NCBI GenBank assembly: GCA_035084275.1
Contig: CM068748.1
Location: 9,176,001-9,240,000 of the forward strand
Length of the DNA: 64,000 bases
From: Hydrolagus colliei
Taxonomy: Eukaryota
Direction of reading: 5' to 3'
A model generated the notes under the pieces. It worked only from the letters and a program-made list of their open reading frames with translations. It ran no database searches and was not told the origin of the DNA. Shown in pieces: positions 24,121-38,831 of this stretch; position 1 is the first letter of the stretch, and each line of letters begins with the position of its first letter. The translations under genes and the position numbers were made by a program.

Positions 24121-27100
24121 CTCAGTCTACTTCTTTAATTGCATACAGAGTTGATCTCTATTGCAGCATTTTCCCCTCTCTCCTCTCCAATATACCGTTG
24201 AAAGATGCAGTAGTGAAACAAAATGTTTCACAATTCTAAAAAAAAAGACACAGTATTACCCTGAAATGAAATTAACCACATGAAAAATGACTTGAAACCC
24301 TGTGATTCTAATTTCAGAGATATAAAAATGGTCTATTTTTCCTTGTGCCTCAATCATATTTCACAACGTTAGGACTTTAGGGGAAAATTTACTTTATTGC
24401 AGAAACATAGAATTATGGAATCTCCTCTGGTTTGCTTCTGTATTGACAGCACAATTTGTCCTCATGCTGCACCAGATTAGAATTACACAATCTGCTTTCC
24501 CTGTGGCCAGCAATAAATCACCCATCTCCTGCCTGGTGCATTTCCCACTCAAGGAAGTACCTATCAAATTAAAACCTTGTTTTTAAAAAGATCCATGGTC
24601 ATAGCTTTTGATGACAAGAGGCTGGGACACCAGCCAAGAGAAGGCTGAGGATCGGATAACACGACAAATATAGCATCAAGTGTCCACAACTGGATCAGTA
24701 ATTGTACTAACCTTTGTCTCAGTGCGAGTACCGGCCGGAAGAGTTTTACTAACTGGTCAGCGCTACCACTCAGTAAAAGTCACTCCAAGATCAGGCAGAG
24801 ACAGAAATCTAGTATAAATGCTTAAAAACACTGTAACCTGTTTTTAGATTAATTTTCCATAATGTTTTTCGTTGATCGAGGACTCCAGATCCTTTCTTTC
24901 TCCATCAATGTCTTCTGAAGAAACAGTACTTTATATTTTCTAGAGATTTGTAAAGTATATTTGGGACTTACTCATTAGTCTGCTGGTCAGCGTATTTGAT
25001 TTTGTTAACCTTAATTGTAATTTCCGAGTGTTTAATTTAGCTGATTTGTAGAACTGAACTATTCTTTATATCACAATAAAACCCTTCCCCTGTGTTCTTT
25101 ACTGCTTAATGTCCCACATCTTGTGTATCTTTACAATATATTTGAAAATGGAATATGCATAAATGTAACTGTAGAAGGGAGTTTGAGCGAAAGTGAAATA
25201 CCCAAATCTCTTTTAAATCAATTGACCTCACTGAATTGCTTCATCAGAATAAGCTGTTGGCCAAATATAGTGGCATTTAAATCATCAGGCTGACACTTGT
25301 TTCTAAGCAACTGCATGATTAAGTGCCTTGTCAGACCAGAAACTTTGATGCTCCTTGACTCTGGTTTCATGGTTTTATCTGCAACATTGAACCACAGCCT
25401 TCAAAATTCAAATCCACAAAACCAGGCAAAAATCAGTCAACACTGTATTACATTTAAGATTATCTTGCTTCTATGTCAAAAAGTAGCTGGAGTCATAATG
25501 GAGTACCAACTAGAGGAATTGTTTTACAATTATTTATATCTGATCAGTGCAATGTTTCAAAATCCAACTCATTGAAAATTAAATAACTGCAAAGCAATGG
25601 ATAGTTCCATTTAATCACTGTTGAATTAAGTCCAGTGACAACAAAGTCAGCACTTAACATTGTTAATCTAACAAAGATCATCTCAGTACCCTGGCTTCAC
25701 AACAGTGATAATAAATTAGAGTTTATTATGTAAATGGTTGTAGAATACTGTTAGACAGCATCATAGCAAGCTATTGTAGCAGTAACCAAGACTTTCATGG
25801 TTGGGGTAGCTTTACCTTTTAAGTTAAACCAAGACAAGAACTACTATAAAAGCATATCCATTATAAGTGCATTTCATACCAGCAGATTCTTCTGAAATTT
25901 GCATTCGGCAGAAATGCCATCTTATTTAGCAACAAGCTAAAAGAAAACAAAAAACACTGAGCTAATATTCATCGATGTAATAAACGGTCAAATTTGGAAA
26001 GAGATACTATTCCAGTTATCACCATATGGTGATATTAGATTTCGCGAACATTTATCCAGATCATTCAATAGTAAACGGAAAGAACCGGGATATGAAAGAA
26101 GTGGTGGAGCAAACGCAAGCAGAGCCTCAATCGATCAAAGCAGACTCCTCTTATGCAATAATTAAAATTTTATAATTCAAGGCAGGATTTAGAATTTTGG
26201 ATGTTTTTAAATGTTATCTTTTTCATAGGCAGAAAGCATGAATTAATGAACTCCTCCTTCATCTGTTCTTCCACTGTCTTCCAGTTTGGGTTTTATCCTT
26301 TCCTATTCTTCTTTGATACCCATTTCTTTTTCGTTTTACATGAAAGGGAAGAGATTACATTGAATACCTCACTGGTGAACAGTCAACTACCAGCTTGTGT
26401 GCGGAGCATGAAACTGCCCATAATCTATGAGCAAGTCCTAGTGAGCTATTGCAACCATTTCACACCTGGCAGACTGTCTGTAACACACGGGCACCAGTGA
26501 GGTGTTCTGTGCGTTTAGTGATAGTGAACAATCCCTTCAATCTGACTGGCCTCAGCTGTGAGGAGTAAAGATCATTACTGATGTACATCAGTGTATATCA
26601 ATTTATATTCTACTCATGTGAGTTATCACTTTACTGGACAATGACAATATTTATAGTCAGGGAATTATTTTTAATAGATCCTTTGGGAATTGCAAGACAT
26701 GGGTGGGAATAGACAAAACATTTTTAAATCACAGTGATATTCTGCAATGTAATATGATGCATTATAAAACTGAGCAAAAATAAACTGTGGAGAAAAAAGG
26801 GACATTTGGGGAGAATAATTGCTATTTTTACGTGGAAAAAGGGAAAGCAGTTATTCTGTTTAGTTCAAAGTAAAAACACTGCTGCCTGAGTAAATATAAA
26901 ACTAACATCTCTGAAAATGCACGGACTAAACGGCACGTTTGTGCTACTTTTGTACACGTTAAAACCCCAAAAGTGCAGATCATGCTTTTGGAAACTCGCC
27001 AACACAGAATTCTTTGAACACTGCAGATAACAGTCAAGGGGTCACCTCTGAGTGTGCTGTAAGAGAATCGATAGGTGCCTTGACAGATATAGCACAAATT

Positions 27101-28039
27101 ACAAGCAGCATAATCTTCATTCTACTGGGTCATCAGAAACGACACAGTGTAAAACCTGATTTGAATATTGGATAAAATACCATACCTGAAACTACACTGA
27201 ACAGACCAGAGCATTTCATAGTTTAACACAGCATCCACAGAAAACCGCTCGCATCCAGTTTCTGTTGGCCTGAACTAGGACAGAATAACTAATTGTTTTT
27301 TTCTAGTACATAACCTGCATGTTAAGGATGTGGGGCCTTCTCTTTCAGTTGGGTTTCATCAAATGGCTGTTTTGCTTTACACAACTGACCAGTGCCCTTC
27401 ACTTCAGAGCCAGACTCTGCTATACCATCAGATTATTAGGCTTGATTTTATAGGTTCAAAATAAATATCTTCCTATCAAGATAGAAGTTTCTATAATATA
27501 TGTAAAAGTACTTCAGATCATAGTAAATTGACGGTATCATCTGTGTACGTTTTGAGGTACAAATTTGAGAAAAAAAGTTACATTACAGTACTGTAATAGT
27601 GTACAGTACAGTACTGTACATTATTCTGTAAAATACTGGAAAGGTGTTCATGACTCAACCTTGGTACTGTATCATGGGGAATATCAGTATCATTTCAGAC
27701 TAGGGCATTATGCCAACTCATCCTCCAGCATCTTTTCTTAATCTGCTGAGTCGAGGGTGAGGATTCACTGGAGAATGTTTATTCAGGTTATCTATGTAGA
27801 GAAGACACCTATTTGGATAAAATCACATAGAAATGCTTCAAAATATGCCCAAAGGTAACAAATCTTCACTTCAGCGCAATAAACTCACTTGCACGAGTTT
27901 GAATTGATGCAAATCTCGTCTTTTCACATAATGTACAGCACTGCTGTTTATATTGAGCTCACAGTTAGAAGATTAACTCAATGTTAGTTTTAAATTAGCT
28001 ATACAATATAGAGTGCAACTTTATATTTGTAACTGGATT

Positions 28040-28230
28040 GCAGATCTCAGTTTTGAAAAGTGTAATTGACAAGAGAAGAGCATTCCAGATTTCCACAACC
28101 TTTTGTATGAAAAAATGTTTCACTCCTAACTGGCCTAGCTTTAATTCTAAGATTATGCGCCTTGTTCTGGATTCCTTCAACAGTGAAAATAGTTTCTCTG
28201 TATTTACCCTGGCGAGCCCCCACCCCAAGT
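28040..28230 (-). mobile_element. CR1 LINE ORF2 C-terminal remnant
   Basis: The supplied ORF contains GLARVNTEKLFSLLKESRTR...KHFFIQKVVEIWNAL, homologous to the fragment at 23747. Confidence 0.85.
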
Positions 28231-29839
28231 TTGGAAAATAGAAATACCTATAACTAATTTTATTAGAAAGCAATCGGTTAGTCAAAAGCATAAAATACAG
28301 TCAAAACCACAATGCCATCACACAATTAAAAACATTGATTTTGTCAGAATATCAATGCACATTACTGTTAAGTATTAAAATATTAATGATGATCATTAAT
28401 TCTTGTAACTGCCACATTATCTGTTTGCAGAATTTTTTGGTGAAGAGGATAGGTTTGGTACGATAGTTCATGAAAGCTGGTCTTTGTAAAGACCACAAGC
28501 AATGCAAAGATCATCACAATTATCAGATTATTCTGGTAGCTCAAATATTGCTGTGAGCAAGAGCAGTATCTAACAGTATTTAGGATTGAAAGACTCAGAC
28601 ACAATATTTAGGATTGAAAGACTATTGCTTCTTCTGTGGAAGAACTTTAATGAAGCTTCAGATAGTATCTAAACCCCTGATTTTCATCCTCATATTGGAA
28701 GTACAATTTTCGTTAGAAACTTGTATTTTTAGGCACAAAAACGAAATAATTACATAGGAATTGCTAGGGTTCTATCATTTAAACAAAAATGCTTTACTTT
28801 AGGGACGACTTTCTAAATAAACTCATTTAACGCATGAATTCATAAATAATACACATGTTCACTCTTGAGCAGGAAATGCAAATTGCAACGTAACTGATTG
28901 ACATCTACCCACAACAGTAAAGAGATTTTGTCCATTTCAGAAAGTATTACAATTTAAATGTTCACTTTATATTTCACAGTTTTAGTATTCATTTAGTATT
29001 CAATAATTCTAATTATTCCAGAGTTCTATAACAGCATTTAATGTGATTTCGTTGAAATTCAACATGTCATATCCTACAGTGCGGTATTTCACTGTATAAG
29101 GTTTAAAACGTCTTTGTCCCAACTCAACATTTTATTTATTAAAACTCCTGGAGGGACAGTTTCTGATTCAAGTGCAATATAAACAGTGAGAAGAAAAATA
29201 TGTCCTCTTAATCGAGGGATGGAGAAGTATTTCATAACTCCCTCATCAATGACATTTGGGAATGGTGAGGGCTTCCTCACTGAGGGAATATTGCACCATT
29301 TTCTATTCTATGTCCTTTATGTACTACTATTGGAGTGCAGAAGCAACAGCTATGTCTTCAATCATTGTGATTAATATGACTTGTAATTAGGCTTTATCAT
29401 ACAATTGTCAACTCATCACATGCCAAGGCACTAACTCAGTGAGAGGAGCTTTGTTTTCTATCAAAGGGCAAATCAGCAAAGATATGTATTGAGTCACAGA
29501 ACAAATATAATAGACACAAAAGGGTCAAATTCAATTTACAATATTCTAGCATTTTAAAAATCTGGTTCGTACATTACACGTCAAAGCTCTTTCTGCTGTG
29601 TGTTATTGCAGGATATGAGTAACCGGCTTTTCAATTGTTAGAAATGTAGCCGAAATGAAAAACACTCAATCCATTTTAAAATGCCTCCTGACCTTGAATG
29701 TACCACGTTGATGTTTTAAAAGGTAACAAAGCCTCAGCGATAGAAACTCTTCCCTACTAGACAAGCCCTGATGAGTCCTCAACCCACCTGATTCACTATC
29801 AGTGGCCAAGTCTTCAGCTACTATACCTTTAATCTTCGG

Positions 29840-30137
29840 AACTCCCTGTCCTCCCAACGTGAAAGGCGCTCTATCAATGTAATTTTGTTGTTGTATCTCT
29901 CTCACCCACTCTCTGTCCATCTCTAAATCCTACCTAAGCACTTTGAGATGTCAATAAGATGTGAAAAAGCGCTATATCAAATGCAAGGATTATTATTATT
30001 ATTATAAACACCTACCTCATTGACCCACCCTTTGGTCACCCTCTTTCTTCCCCTCTCCCTTGCTCAGCGTATGACCCTATCAGTCTGAAGCGATAATATT
30101 ATTTTATGTGAAAGACACTATATAAACGTAAGTGGTT
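29840..30137 (+). mobile_element. Cluster of three retroposon tails (L2, SINE, L2)
   Basis: CCTCCCAACGTGAAAGGCGCTCTAT..TTGTTG; AAGCACTTTGAGATG...ATGCAAGGA(TTA)n; CCCTTTGGTCACC...GTGAAAGACACTATATAAACGTAAG. Confidence 0.8.
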
Positions 30138-31346
30138 ATATATTCCCAAGTCCAAGATCTCTAGCTTCATGGCAAGCTTCACTATGTGGGTATTTGGATT
30201 ATTGTAGTTTTGAAATATCAATCAGATGCTACGCATTCACCAGCAGCCTGCCAGCCCACAAGTGGCAGGAAAAAAGTGATTCATACTGAAAGTGTTTTTT
30301 TCCAATCTGATTCTCAGTTCACTAAATTGTCAATGTTACAATGAAACAACATTGTTGTAATACAACCGCTTCATGAATATGCCATGCTCGGGATAGTACT
30401 CAGTTGACAATGGGTCACCCCGAATTCAACCACAGTATTGGAATATCCAGTCTGCTGTGCACAAGACACAAAAATTTCAGAAATAATTGCAAATTGTGTC
30501 AATTACAAAATGAGATATTCAAGGGTTACTTCCCCACATTGATTTAGGTTGGGGGAGGATTCTGCACTCATAATTTGCCCAGACACAGAGCATACTGACA
30601 TCTCTCTCTCTCACTCTTTACTACTTTGCCTGAGCAGCATTGATTGAAGTGACTCCTCTTCCAGCTCCTTCCCAAGACAATTGTGATTATGGCACAAAAT
30701 GGAGCATGCACCATTTGCGGACATTTCTTTCAGAGCACTGAGCTATCATTTCGAACAACATGCATGCTGCAGTCTCTCGCCAGGAAGAGCATCTGTCAGC
30801 AAATATTTTGTCTAATTAGGATCACTCAGATCTGGGAAATATATTACATCACGTGTGCATTCTGGAGAGTTTATACCACAGGGAAATTATGTCATTGATG
30901 AAGTACGGATGATTTCTGGAGAACACAAGATAGACTCACCTTTACTTTGTCCCAACAGAAGAGTGCTGCCTAATGCGGACATTTAACAACTTCTCTTTCC
31001 CTAAACAACCTTCCTTGGGAAGATTTCATTGCACAAATTTGTACTATTAACGCACTGCAACAATCAGCTCCTCCACATAGTATTCCTTTAATGATCAAAA
31101 GTGTCTTTCCCTATATTGCCTGTAGCAATTGACCATCACTGGGAAAAAGGATTATGATGAAACAAATATGTTGTGAAACAAAAATAAAGTGATTTATGTG
31201 AAAAGTTTGACACAAAACTCAAACACTGGTCTGTGCTGCATTTATAAACCTCAGCTAGAAATGGGCTAGTTTGCTAACAAAATGCACAGTCACTACAGTT
31301 TGCAGAAAATCCTGTGAACCACATTGAGGCATTCTCCTACAAGGTG

Positions 31347-31410
31347 AACAACAACAACAAAATCACATTTGTATAGTGTCTTTCACGTCGTAAGAACGTC
31401 CCAAGGTGCT
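31347..31410 (-). mobile_element. L2 LINE 3' terminus
   Basis: AACAACAACAACAAAATCACATTTGTATAGTGTCTTTCACGTCGTAAGAACGTCCCAAGGTGC. Confidence 0.8.
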
Positions 31411-34400
31411 GGAACGTGAGTACAGCACCACTATCAAATGCAAGGCTTGTTAAAATTCAATCTTACAGTATATCTGGACTGTGAAGAGCAAATAAATTAT
31501 CTTTGGTTTGTGAAAGCTATCCTCTGTTGGGAAACAGGGTCAGGTTTGACTATAACAGGGCCCAGTATGTGTTTAAGCTCACACATTAAGATCAATCACT
31601 TGAATAAGGTATCAAAGGCACCACTCATAGAAATGTCCCTCCATATGAGTCATCATCAGCTTCAGCAGAGACAGTGGGAAGAAAAATAGGAAGCATTATT
31701 TAAATCTGGTACTATGAGCATAATTATTCATTTTAATGACTCTAATCCATCTAACACCATCTTTCTATTACGCGTTGCTAGCATGAAAATCAACCATTTG
31801 TCATATGGACAGAGCAGAAAACATCTACACTGCTTTCCTCAATTACTATTGTGCAATTATTGCTTGGAACAGCCAATCCTCAGGGACTTGTAAGGGAGAA
31901 TAAATCTTACATTCCTGTTATATCCAGTGATACTTCAGACTCCTACGATTCAATAACTAGGTTCCTTAATTTCACATTTTTTGTGACTCAAAGCCTCGGC
32001 ATCGTGTTTGTGATTATTTTCCACTTTTGCCTATTTTCCATCCTGTTAGGATGTCATTGTAAAACAAGCCTATTAATTCACTTGACGTGATACTAAATAT
32101 GTCTATCTGGGATTTGGGAAACTGTTGATTCATACAGTAGCTCCATCTAAACAGAATTTATGTGGCAAATAATCTGGTAAACTACTTTAAAAATAAACTT
32201 GTAAAACCATTCTATTTATCATATGATGGTGTAATCTCATAATTCTAATAGTATTTTACTGAAGCGGTTTAGTACTAACTGAGATCACTTTCAAAATAAA
32301 ACTTCATTGAAAATAACTGGTTTGTATTTGCTCTGAAACAAACAGGGCAAGGTGTGGTAGGACAGATTCACAGCTGTGATTTTCCAAAAGGCAAGTTCAC
32401 CCCCCAACCACCCCCTTCAGTCAGCCTTTAACACTGAACAAAGGTACATGTTTTCACAGAAGGTGAGGTCATAGTGTTACTCTGGTAAGTAGCTACCTGG
32501 CTAATTAGTAAAATTAGGCATCCTAATGGGATCGCAATAGTGGGAATTACTCACAAACTCAACAACAAATGAAGGTATCTCATTATTCTATCATAGGAGT
32601 CTCTAAAAAATAGCTGAATATAACAGGAATGCTGGATGTTTTTTCCCTTGCCAGTCCCTGAGAATTGACTGTTCCAGGCAGTAATTGCACAATAGTAATT
32701 GAGGAAAGTACTGTTGATGTTTTCCATCCTGTCCATATGGCAAATGATTATTCCCATGTTATTGACACATGAGTGTTGGAGAGGTACAACAAAAAAGGAG
32801 ACAAAGAAAAATTTTACAAAATTAAGGAGCAAATAATATGCAAAATATCCTCAATTTAGAAATATCCTCAATTAGACAACAGTACTTTGACCCCTTACTA
32901 ACTACAACAACTTGCCCATATATAGCGTCTTTCAATTAGTTAAACGTCTCAAAGCACTTCACAGATATCGAGTGGGTATGAGGGAAACAGAGGGTTAGTT
33001 GGCATATTACCAAAGGTACAGTCAAAGGGGTTAACTTTAACAAGGTTTTGAAAACAATTCACTATTCTACATCTGTTCATACACATAATACTAAAACTAT
33101 CAATCTGAATTGGATAGCTCAGGAGAATGCACTCCACACATTAGAAAATCCTCAGCATGTTTTGGATTTTTAGATGTGCTCAGCCATCTATAATGGCAGA
33201 ATGCACATCACCAATGTGGATTTTGTGATGGAATAGTTGGTCAGACATCAGTGCAGTATTAATATTAATGGAGACATTAAGGGTGATTCAGTCTTTGATG
33301 CAATTTCTTCTCTGGCCTCAAGCACGTTATAATGTTTTCCTGCAGTGCACACCATACGAGGGAATGAAACACCTTTAGGCACAGTGAACACAAGTTATGC
33401 CGAACCTAGAGTGTAATATAAACATCTCTAGCCAATGGTTTTACTTCCTGCTCCTGGATGTGGTCAAATACAATAGTTGCACTCCTATTCCATTAGCTAC
33501 CTGCTCAGAGGTGAAGAGCACCTCTCAAGGTGTTGCTATAATATTTCTTCGTGAAATAATTCTGACAAACATGGTCCACTTGACAGCCTTACTAAATTGT
33601 TGCCTTGCCACTTGTATCATTTTTAATTAGAAACTATACTTTGCACATGCACTCTTATCCTGTAATAGATGGAATTTGGGGCGAAAGAAGCTGACAGTGA
33701 GTTACAGCAATGTAAGTCTATTTCTCGAATTAAGTGATAAATAGCAAGATCTACGTTTCTTCTGCATGATGTGACTTACTTTTCCAAAGGTATCATGGTC
33801 TTGTGAGAAGGTGATTGAAAAAAAGACGTGCGTCATCTTGTCACGATTATGTCATTCTGCAGTGACTAGGTGATGCATTTTGATGTGATTTGCATCATCA
33901 TCTCACGGGTTCTTATAGGTTTGCCAAGCATCTTTCTACGTGAAGGCCAATGTCCTTCAAACATTCTCCTAGTCTTTGTTGCACTTGGCAGGCTGAGTGT
34001 GAAAGAGGCAGGATAATGTATGGGAAAGGGCAACAGAATACCATCCAGCCTTTGGTGCTACGCATATGGCGCCCCACTCCTTTGCGTATTGCCTTTATCT
34101 TCAGTCATAATTTACCATCACAAGCATTCTCCTGGTGATGGGTGAGAGTCATAGTTATATGAATCGCTGTGTTAAATGGAAACACAACAAAATAATTAAA
34201 AAGTAGATGTTAAACTTATTCTCAGTACTCCACTGGTGTCTGTGCGATATTAGTCAAAAATCAGCATTCTGTCTCCCTTGAAATGCAAAACACAGATGCA
34301 GATACAAAGTACCTGTACTATGCAATATGACAGAATGGATTTGCTTTTCGCAATTAAATATTTACTTCACATTCACTCTGAAGTCCAAACAACAGCCACT

Positions 34401-36781
34401 GGAGAACAGCCAAAACCAAACAAGCCACAAAAATTCACTTTGAAATAAGTGCAATGGACCAATTACGTTTGTTGTAACTTATAGTGTACCTCAGTGAGTT
34501 TTTTTCCTTCTAATAATACAGACTGAACCCAAACTACTCTGAACCTCACTCAAGCTCAAGAGTTCCAAATAGGCATTCTAACCAGAAGCAAAATAAATTT
34601 GACGCCTTTGGGGAGGGCAAGAATGAATGGCCACTGAAAATCTGTTTCAGAGATCTGCAAATGTGTTGACTTATACCAATATTTTTCATGATATGAAAGT
34701 GCATATCAATTGTAGCGCTAAAGATAGCAATATTAGTAAATATGTTGTGTTTCTCAAGAATGATTTAGTTGTCACATTATGGAGTACATTTTATTGATGT
34801 TACAAAAAATAACTGACAGATAAACACTCTGACTAGGATATTACAATTCATAATATTAGTGCTTTGTTCCCTGTAAGCCACAGTTTCGGCAGCAATGTGT
34901 ACAGTAAAATTGGATTTGTGAAGAAGCTGAGTAAATATGGCCCCTGCTCATTACTCAAGACTACAGTTTAAATATAAAATGATTACATAATACAAAGTAT
35001 TTCGTAGCATTGGGGATTACACTATTCAGTGTGGAGGCAATCAAATAATCATACTGTAAAGTACATGCCAATGGAATAGGAACACACACTCAAAGAGCTT
35101 CCTTTGGTTAATTCCTATGTACCTGAGTAAATTTGATCCCAAGTTGGATATCAACAGATGCTTGAAGATTTTATTTTCTAAGGTATACTAACAGAATGAA
35201 AGACCAAATTGGTGCAGACCTGATTTTATGTCACTTAAATGGGAGGGTTGGACAATTCCAACTTGAAAATATCAATTGCAAATTCTGCAGTCAGAAACAG
35301 ATTTTGAGTATCTAGAGTCACATCCACAGTACTAAAGTCAACCCATACATAAAGATTATTTACCTGCAGCACATTGTGTAATCATTGCTGCATGCCATGC
35401 ATTCATCACTTGTGGAACATTATCAAGTGCTACAAAAAATAACCAAATGAGTTTAACTCTAGGTTCTTCCCCTGCCATTTACAGAATTCATAAATATTTC
35501 CAGGTCAAATATGATATTTTCTACCAAAGAAGCAACATGTTGCCCGATAAATCCTGCACATTATGACACAAATTTATCACTGGCCAGAGTTTATTACACT
35601 GCTGAAGTAAAATAAGCACACTTATTGCTTTAAGATCATGTCAGACATTCAGGAAAGACTTTAGAACTTCCAATTGTATATATAATGTAAAGAAATATGT
35701 ATGCATTTAGTATTGGTTATCTCCAGTTACAACAACCAGATATCTTGGAAATTGTTTGAGGAAAATCAAGTGTATAATACAGTATTGTGTTCATTGCCTG
35801 ATCATCACTTATACTGTACATGGAATACTATAATGGAACTCTGCATACCAATAAAATGCTGTATGTTAACAATTCAACCCTTATGTATGTAGTTTTTATT
35901 ACATCATACACACTTTTTACAATTCATTTTGAAACATATTTGTTGCCTGCAACATAACATCCCTGCATTCCTCTCTGACTACAGTTGGCCCTCCAATCAG
36001 CCGTGACATTGGATAACCCGAGGCAAACTTTTATTGCAACATACCATTATAAATTGCAATTCTTTTGGATTCACAGAAGCTTTTAGACAATCCAATGGGG
36101 ATTGAGGGGAAGTGAAGATGTGCACACAACACACTGGAGATCAAACTGCACAGCTACAAGGATAGTCTATTATATGTTATCGCAACAGAAGGTGTAAATT
36201 ACATGAAGAGAACAGGAATGGTACTTCATTAATGTAATGAAAATGTACAAGAAGCCTCTTAATGGGAACCGTCTCATGGGAACAAAGCATTGGTGTTATA
36301 CTTTTACAGACCATAAAGAATGGATAGAGAAATCAACAGTGGCTCATAAACTGTTCCTTTTAAGCCATCAACAGGCATAATAGCATTACATTCTCAGTTG
36401 ACTAGCTTAGAATGTTCACTTTGTATAGTAGAATATTGTAAAGTCCACAAATTTTACCTAGTGAATATTTCATGTACCAAGATTACTCAGGAATGTTTAG
36501 GTTAATATCACTGTGTGCCCTTACACGATGCTTGAAACCTGTCAACCTGATTTACCAAGTTTCGCTCATCCTGCTCCTAGCTATGGCTGCTCCCAATTAA
36601 TCTCCAAGCCCAAATCATTCCCACTAATGATTGCAGTTTTGTGCTTTACTCCCTCTTAAAAGGATTTCAGTAAATAGTCTCATCTGTAGAAATAGTGTCT
36701 CGGTGTCTTTAGAAAGTAGAGAAAGAATAAACTAGATAAACTTGAGCCCCACCGCTGTGTCCAACATCAATTGGGGATGTC

Positions 36782-36878
36782 ATAATAATAATCCTTCCAT
36801 TTGATAAAGCCCCTTAATATGTCTTTGAGATGTCTCAAAGCGCTTCACAGAATATACCATAAAGTGAATTGACTTTAT
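36782..36878 (-). mobile_element. tRNA/Deu SINE 3' fragment
   Basis: ATAATAATAATCCTTCCATTTGATA...TGTCTCAAAGCGCTTCACAGAATATACCATAAAGTGAATTGAC. Confidence 0.85.
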
Positions 36879-38714
36879 AATCAGAAAGAATCAATGAATC
36901 CAGACTAAATATACCTCACTGGTCCTAATTGACTCTAGTTGGTTAAATAGTTTCTGCTCCCAGCTACGTCACTGCCATGCTATTCTCATCTTGGATTGTT
37001 AGGGGTCAATTTAAATTTGTGCATCTTGCGAATATCGTGAAAATAAATTTGCAAAGTGACGTTCTACAGCATTCAGTGACAGCACTTCACGCGAGAACAC
37101 AACATGCAGAAGCAAGGAGCAGCAGTGCTGCTTGAACATTACATCAATCTTTTCTAAATCAATGAGTGGCCCCAGTCTACACACTCTCACCACCTGAGGC
37201 TAAAAATAAGACTGGAACAGTTTTGGCACTGAAAAGGCTGTGACATCACAGTGATAAATGCCATTAACCAGCCTCTTCATATTTATGTAGAACACCACTT
37301 CCAACAAATAGAAAGACAACAGTTTATAGAGGCCTTGGATTCCATCCTGACATCTAACAAACAGTACTTGGAACCTGTCAGAATTCTTTACTACAGAAAT
37401 CACTGTCTCAATTATAATGTATTGATAATATACCAGTGCTTCTTGGATATACAGAACGTGTGATTTGGGAAAAAGATCCACTATATACTCTAATGCCTCA
37501 TTAATTGGAAATCAAACAACCACAATCACTTCCCTCCCACCAACAAACACTATCCAATGCCAGTTGTGCTTCAGTTAGTGGGAGGAAGAGGGTTAATATT
37601 GAAGAGCGCTGAATAAACTGCACACATGTATTTGCTGTTTGTATCATCAAATGATGTTTGCAGATCATTTAGTAGAAGGATGGATGCCTCAATGCTTAGA
37701 GCAAATTGGGATTATCTTATCCCAAGAGAATTTAACAAAAAAGGAAACGGTGACAAAGCAATGCAGAACACAGCTCCAAACAGCTGCAGCCACACTACCT
37801 TACACAATGGATCATTTATCATGGAAACCTGTACTGAATACAACAATCTGCTGAGTGTGCTAAAGGACACTGCATACAAAAAAAATTAAATTAATCTTTT
37901 TTTAAAACAAGGATGAATTATTGACTATTCAAGTTGAAAACATTATGAATCAAGTGTTAATTGGGGAAAGGATTGACAAAATCCTACTGCAACATTGAAA
38001 CAATGACAATAAGAAAATTATCAGTGTGTAACAAAATACCCTGCATCACTAAGAGGAACCTTTAGAGGAAATCACAAGAAGCACAAGGGTTAAGGTTATG
38101 CAGAATAGAAAGTGTCTACTACTAAAAATACAAAAGAATGGAGAGAATTCTCTTGTTACAAACAAGTGCAGCCATCCCCAAAAATGTGTTTTAGGTTGAG
38201 GGTTTAATAACCTCATTTGAAAATGCACCACAACCACTATCCTCTTGTTTGTGCCAAATATAGTTTATTTAAATAAACAACACTTAAAATATAACCTTTT
38301 TTTTAACACACAAATATCGAATTATTTAAGAAAATAAATGAATGCAGGTTCTATCCATCTAGGAAAGGTGCTCGATCTACAAGACGAAAAATAATGTTTC
38401 CGATAGCAAAGGATTCCAATGTCAGTGAAATTAATAAATTGGGTCTGTTGCTGCTGCTGCTGTCTCCTTCCTGAAGGAACACATCCCGCAACAATACTGC
38501 AGTATACAGTGAGGAATTTAAAAGAGGCAAATTCTCTGCAAACAAAGCAATCAAAACAGACCAAGCAAAATAATTCAACTAAAAAGATTGAACATTGGTA
38601 CGACTGGATCTTTTTCATGCAGACATAATGACGGATTTTTTTTTAAATGACATGCTTGACATATTGGAATTAGAACAATGGAATGTGCAGATGGCTCTTT
38701 TTTTGTCCAGGTAC

Positions 38715-38831
38715 CTTTTTCTTTCGATCCCGAGAACGCCTCCTGTGTCTTTTTATGGTTTTTTCCTCATCAACTGAGTTCACAACTTCTATTTCCCGAT
38801 TTTTCTTAAGATGAGAAGCAGCATGAGCCAT
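38715..38831 (-). CDS. ANK3: Ankyrin-3 (ankyrin-G) alternative first coding exon (exon 1b type), 39 codons, phase-0 donor
   Basis: Reverse complement translates to MAHAASHLKKNREIEVVNSVDEEKTIKRHRRRSRDRKKK, closely matching the human ankyrin-G N-terminus as I recall it (MAHAASQLKKNRDLEINAEEEPEKKRKHRKRSRDRKKK). ATG context is GCTATGG. The exon ends at AAG|GTACCT, where the similarity stops and exon 2 (SDANASYLRAA...) is expected. Too short for the supplied ORF track. Confidence 0.93.

Noticed and set aside
25955-26166. Plus-strand open frame containing IFIDVINGQIWKE, reminiscent of a CACTA-type transposase motif
   Set aside because: The similarity is limited to a few residues and the following sequence does not fit.
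28577-28623. Short tandem duplications (TATTTAGGATTGAAAGACT x2; also ~32843-32874, ~50933-50956, ~53188-53212, ~60578-60602)
   Set aside because: Ordinary slippage or repair micro-duplications with only two units; not CRISPR-like or satellite arrays.
30934-31030. Strong minus-strand donor AAG|GTGAGT as another ANK3 first exon
   Set aside because: The phase-0 frame has a TAG 11 codons upstream with no ATG after it. The ATG-initiated frame (MSALGSTLLLGQSK) ends in phase 1, incompatible with exon 2. A non-coding exon cannot be excluded.
37011-37889. Cluster of short protein-like ORFs on both strands
   Set aside because: Might be a decayed transposon ORF, but I recognise no motif; it needs tBLASTx or HMM searches.
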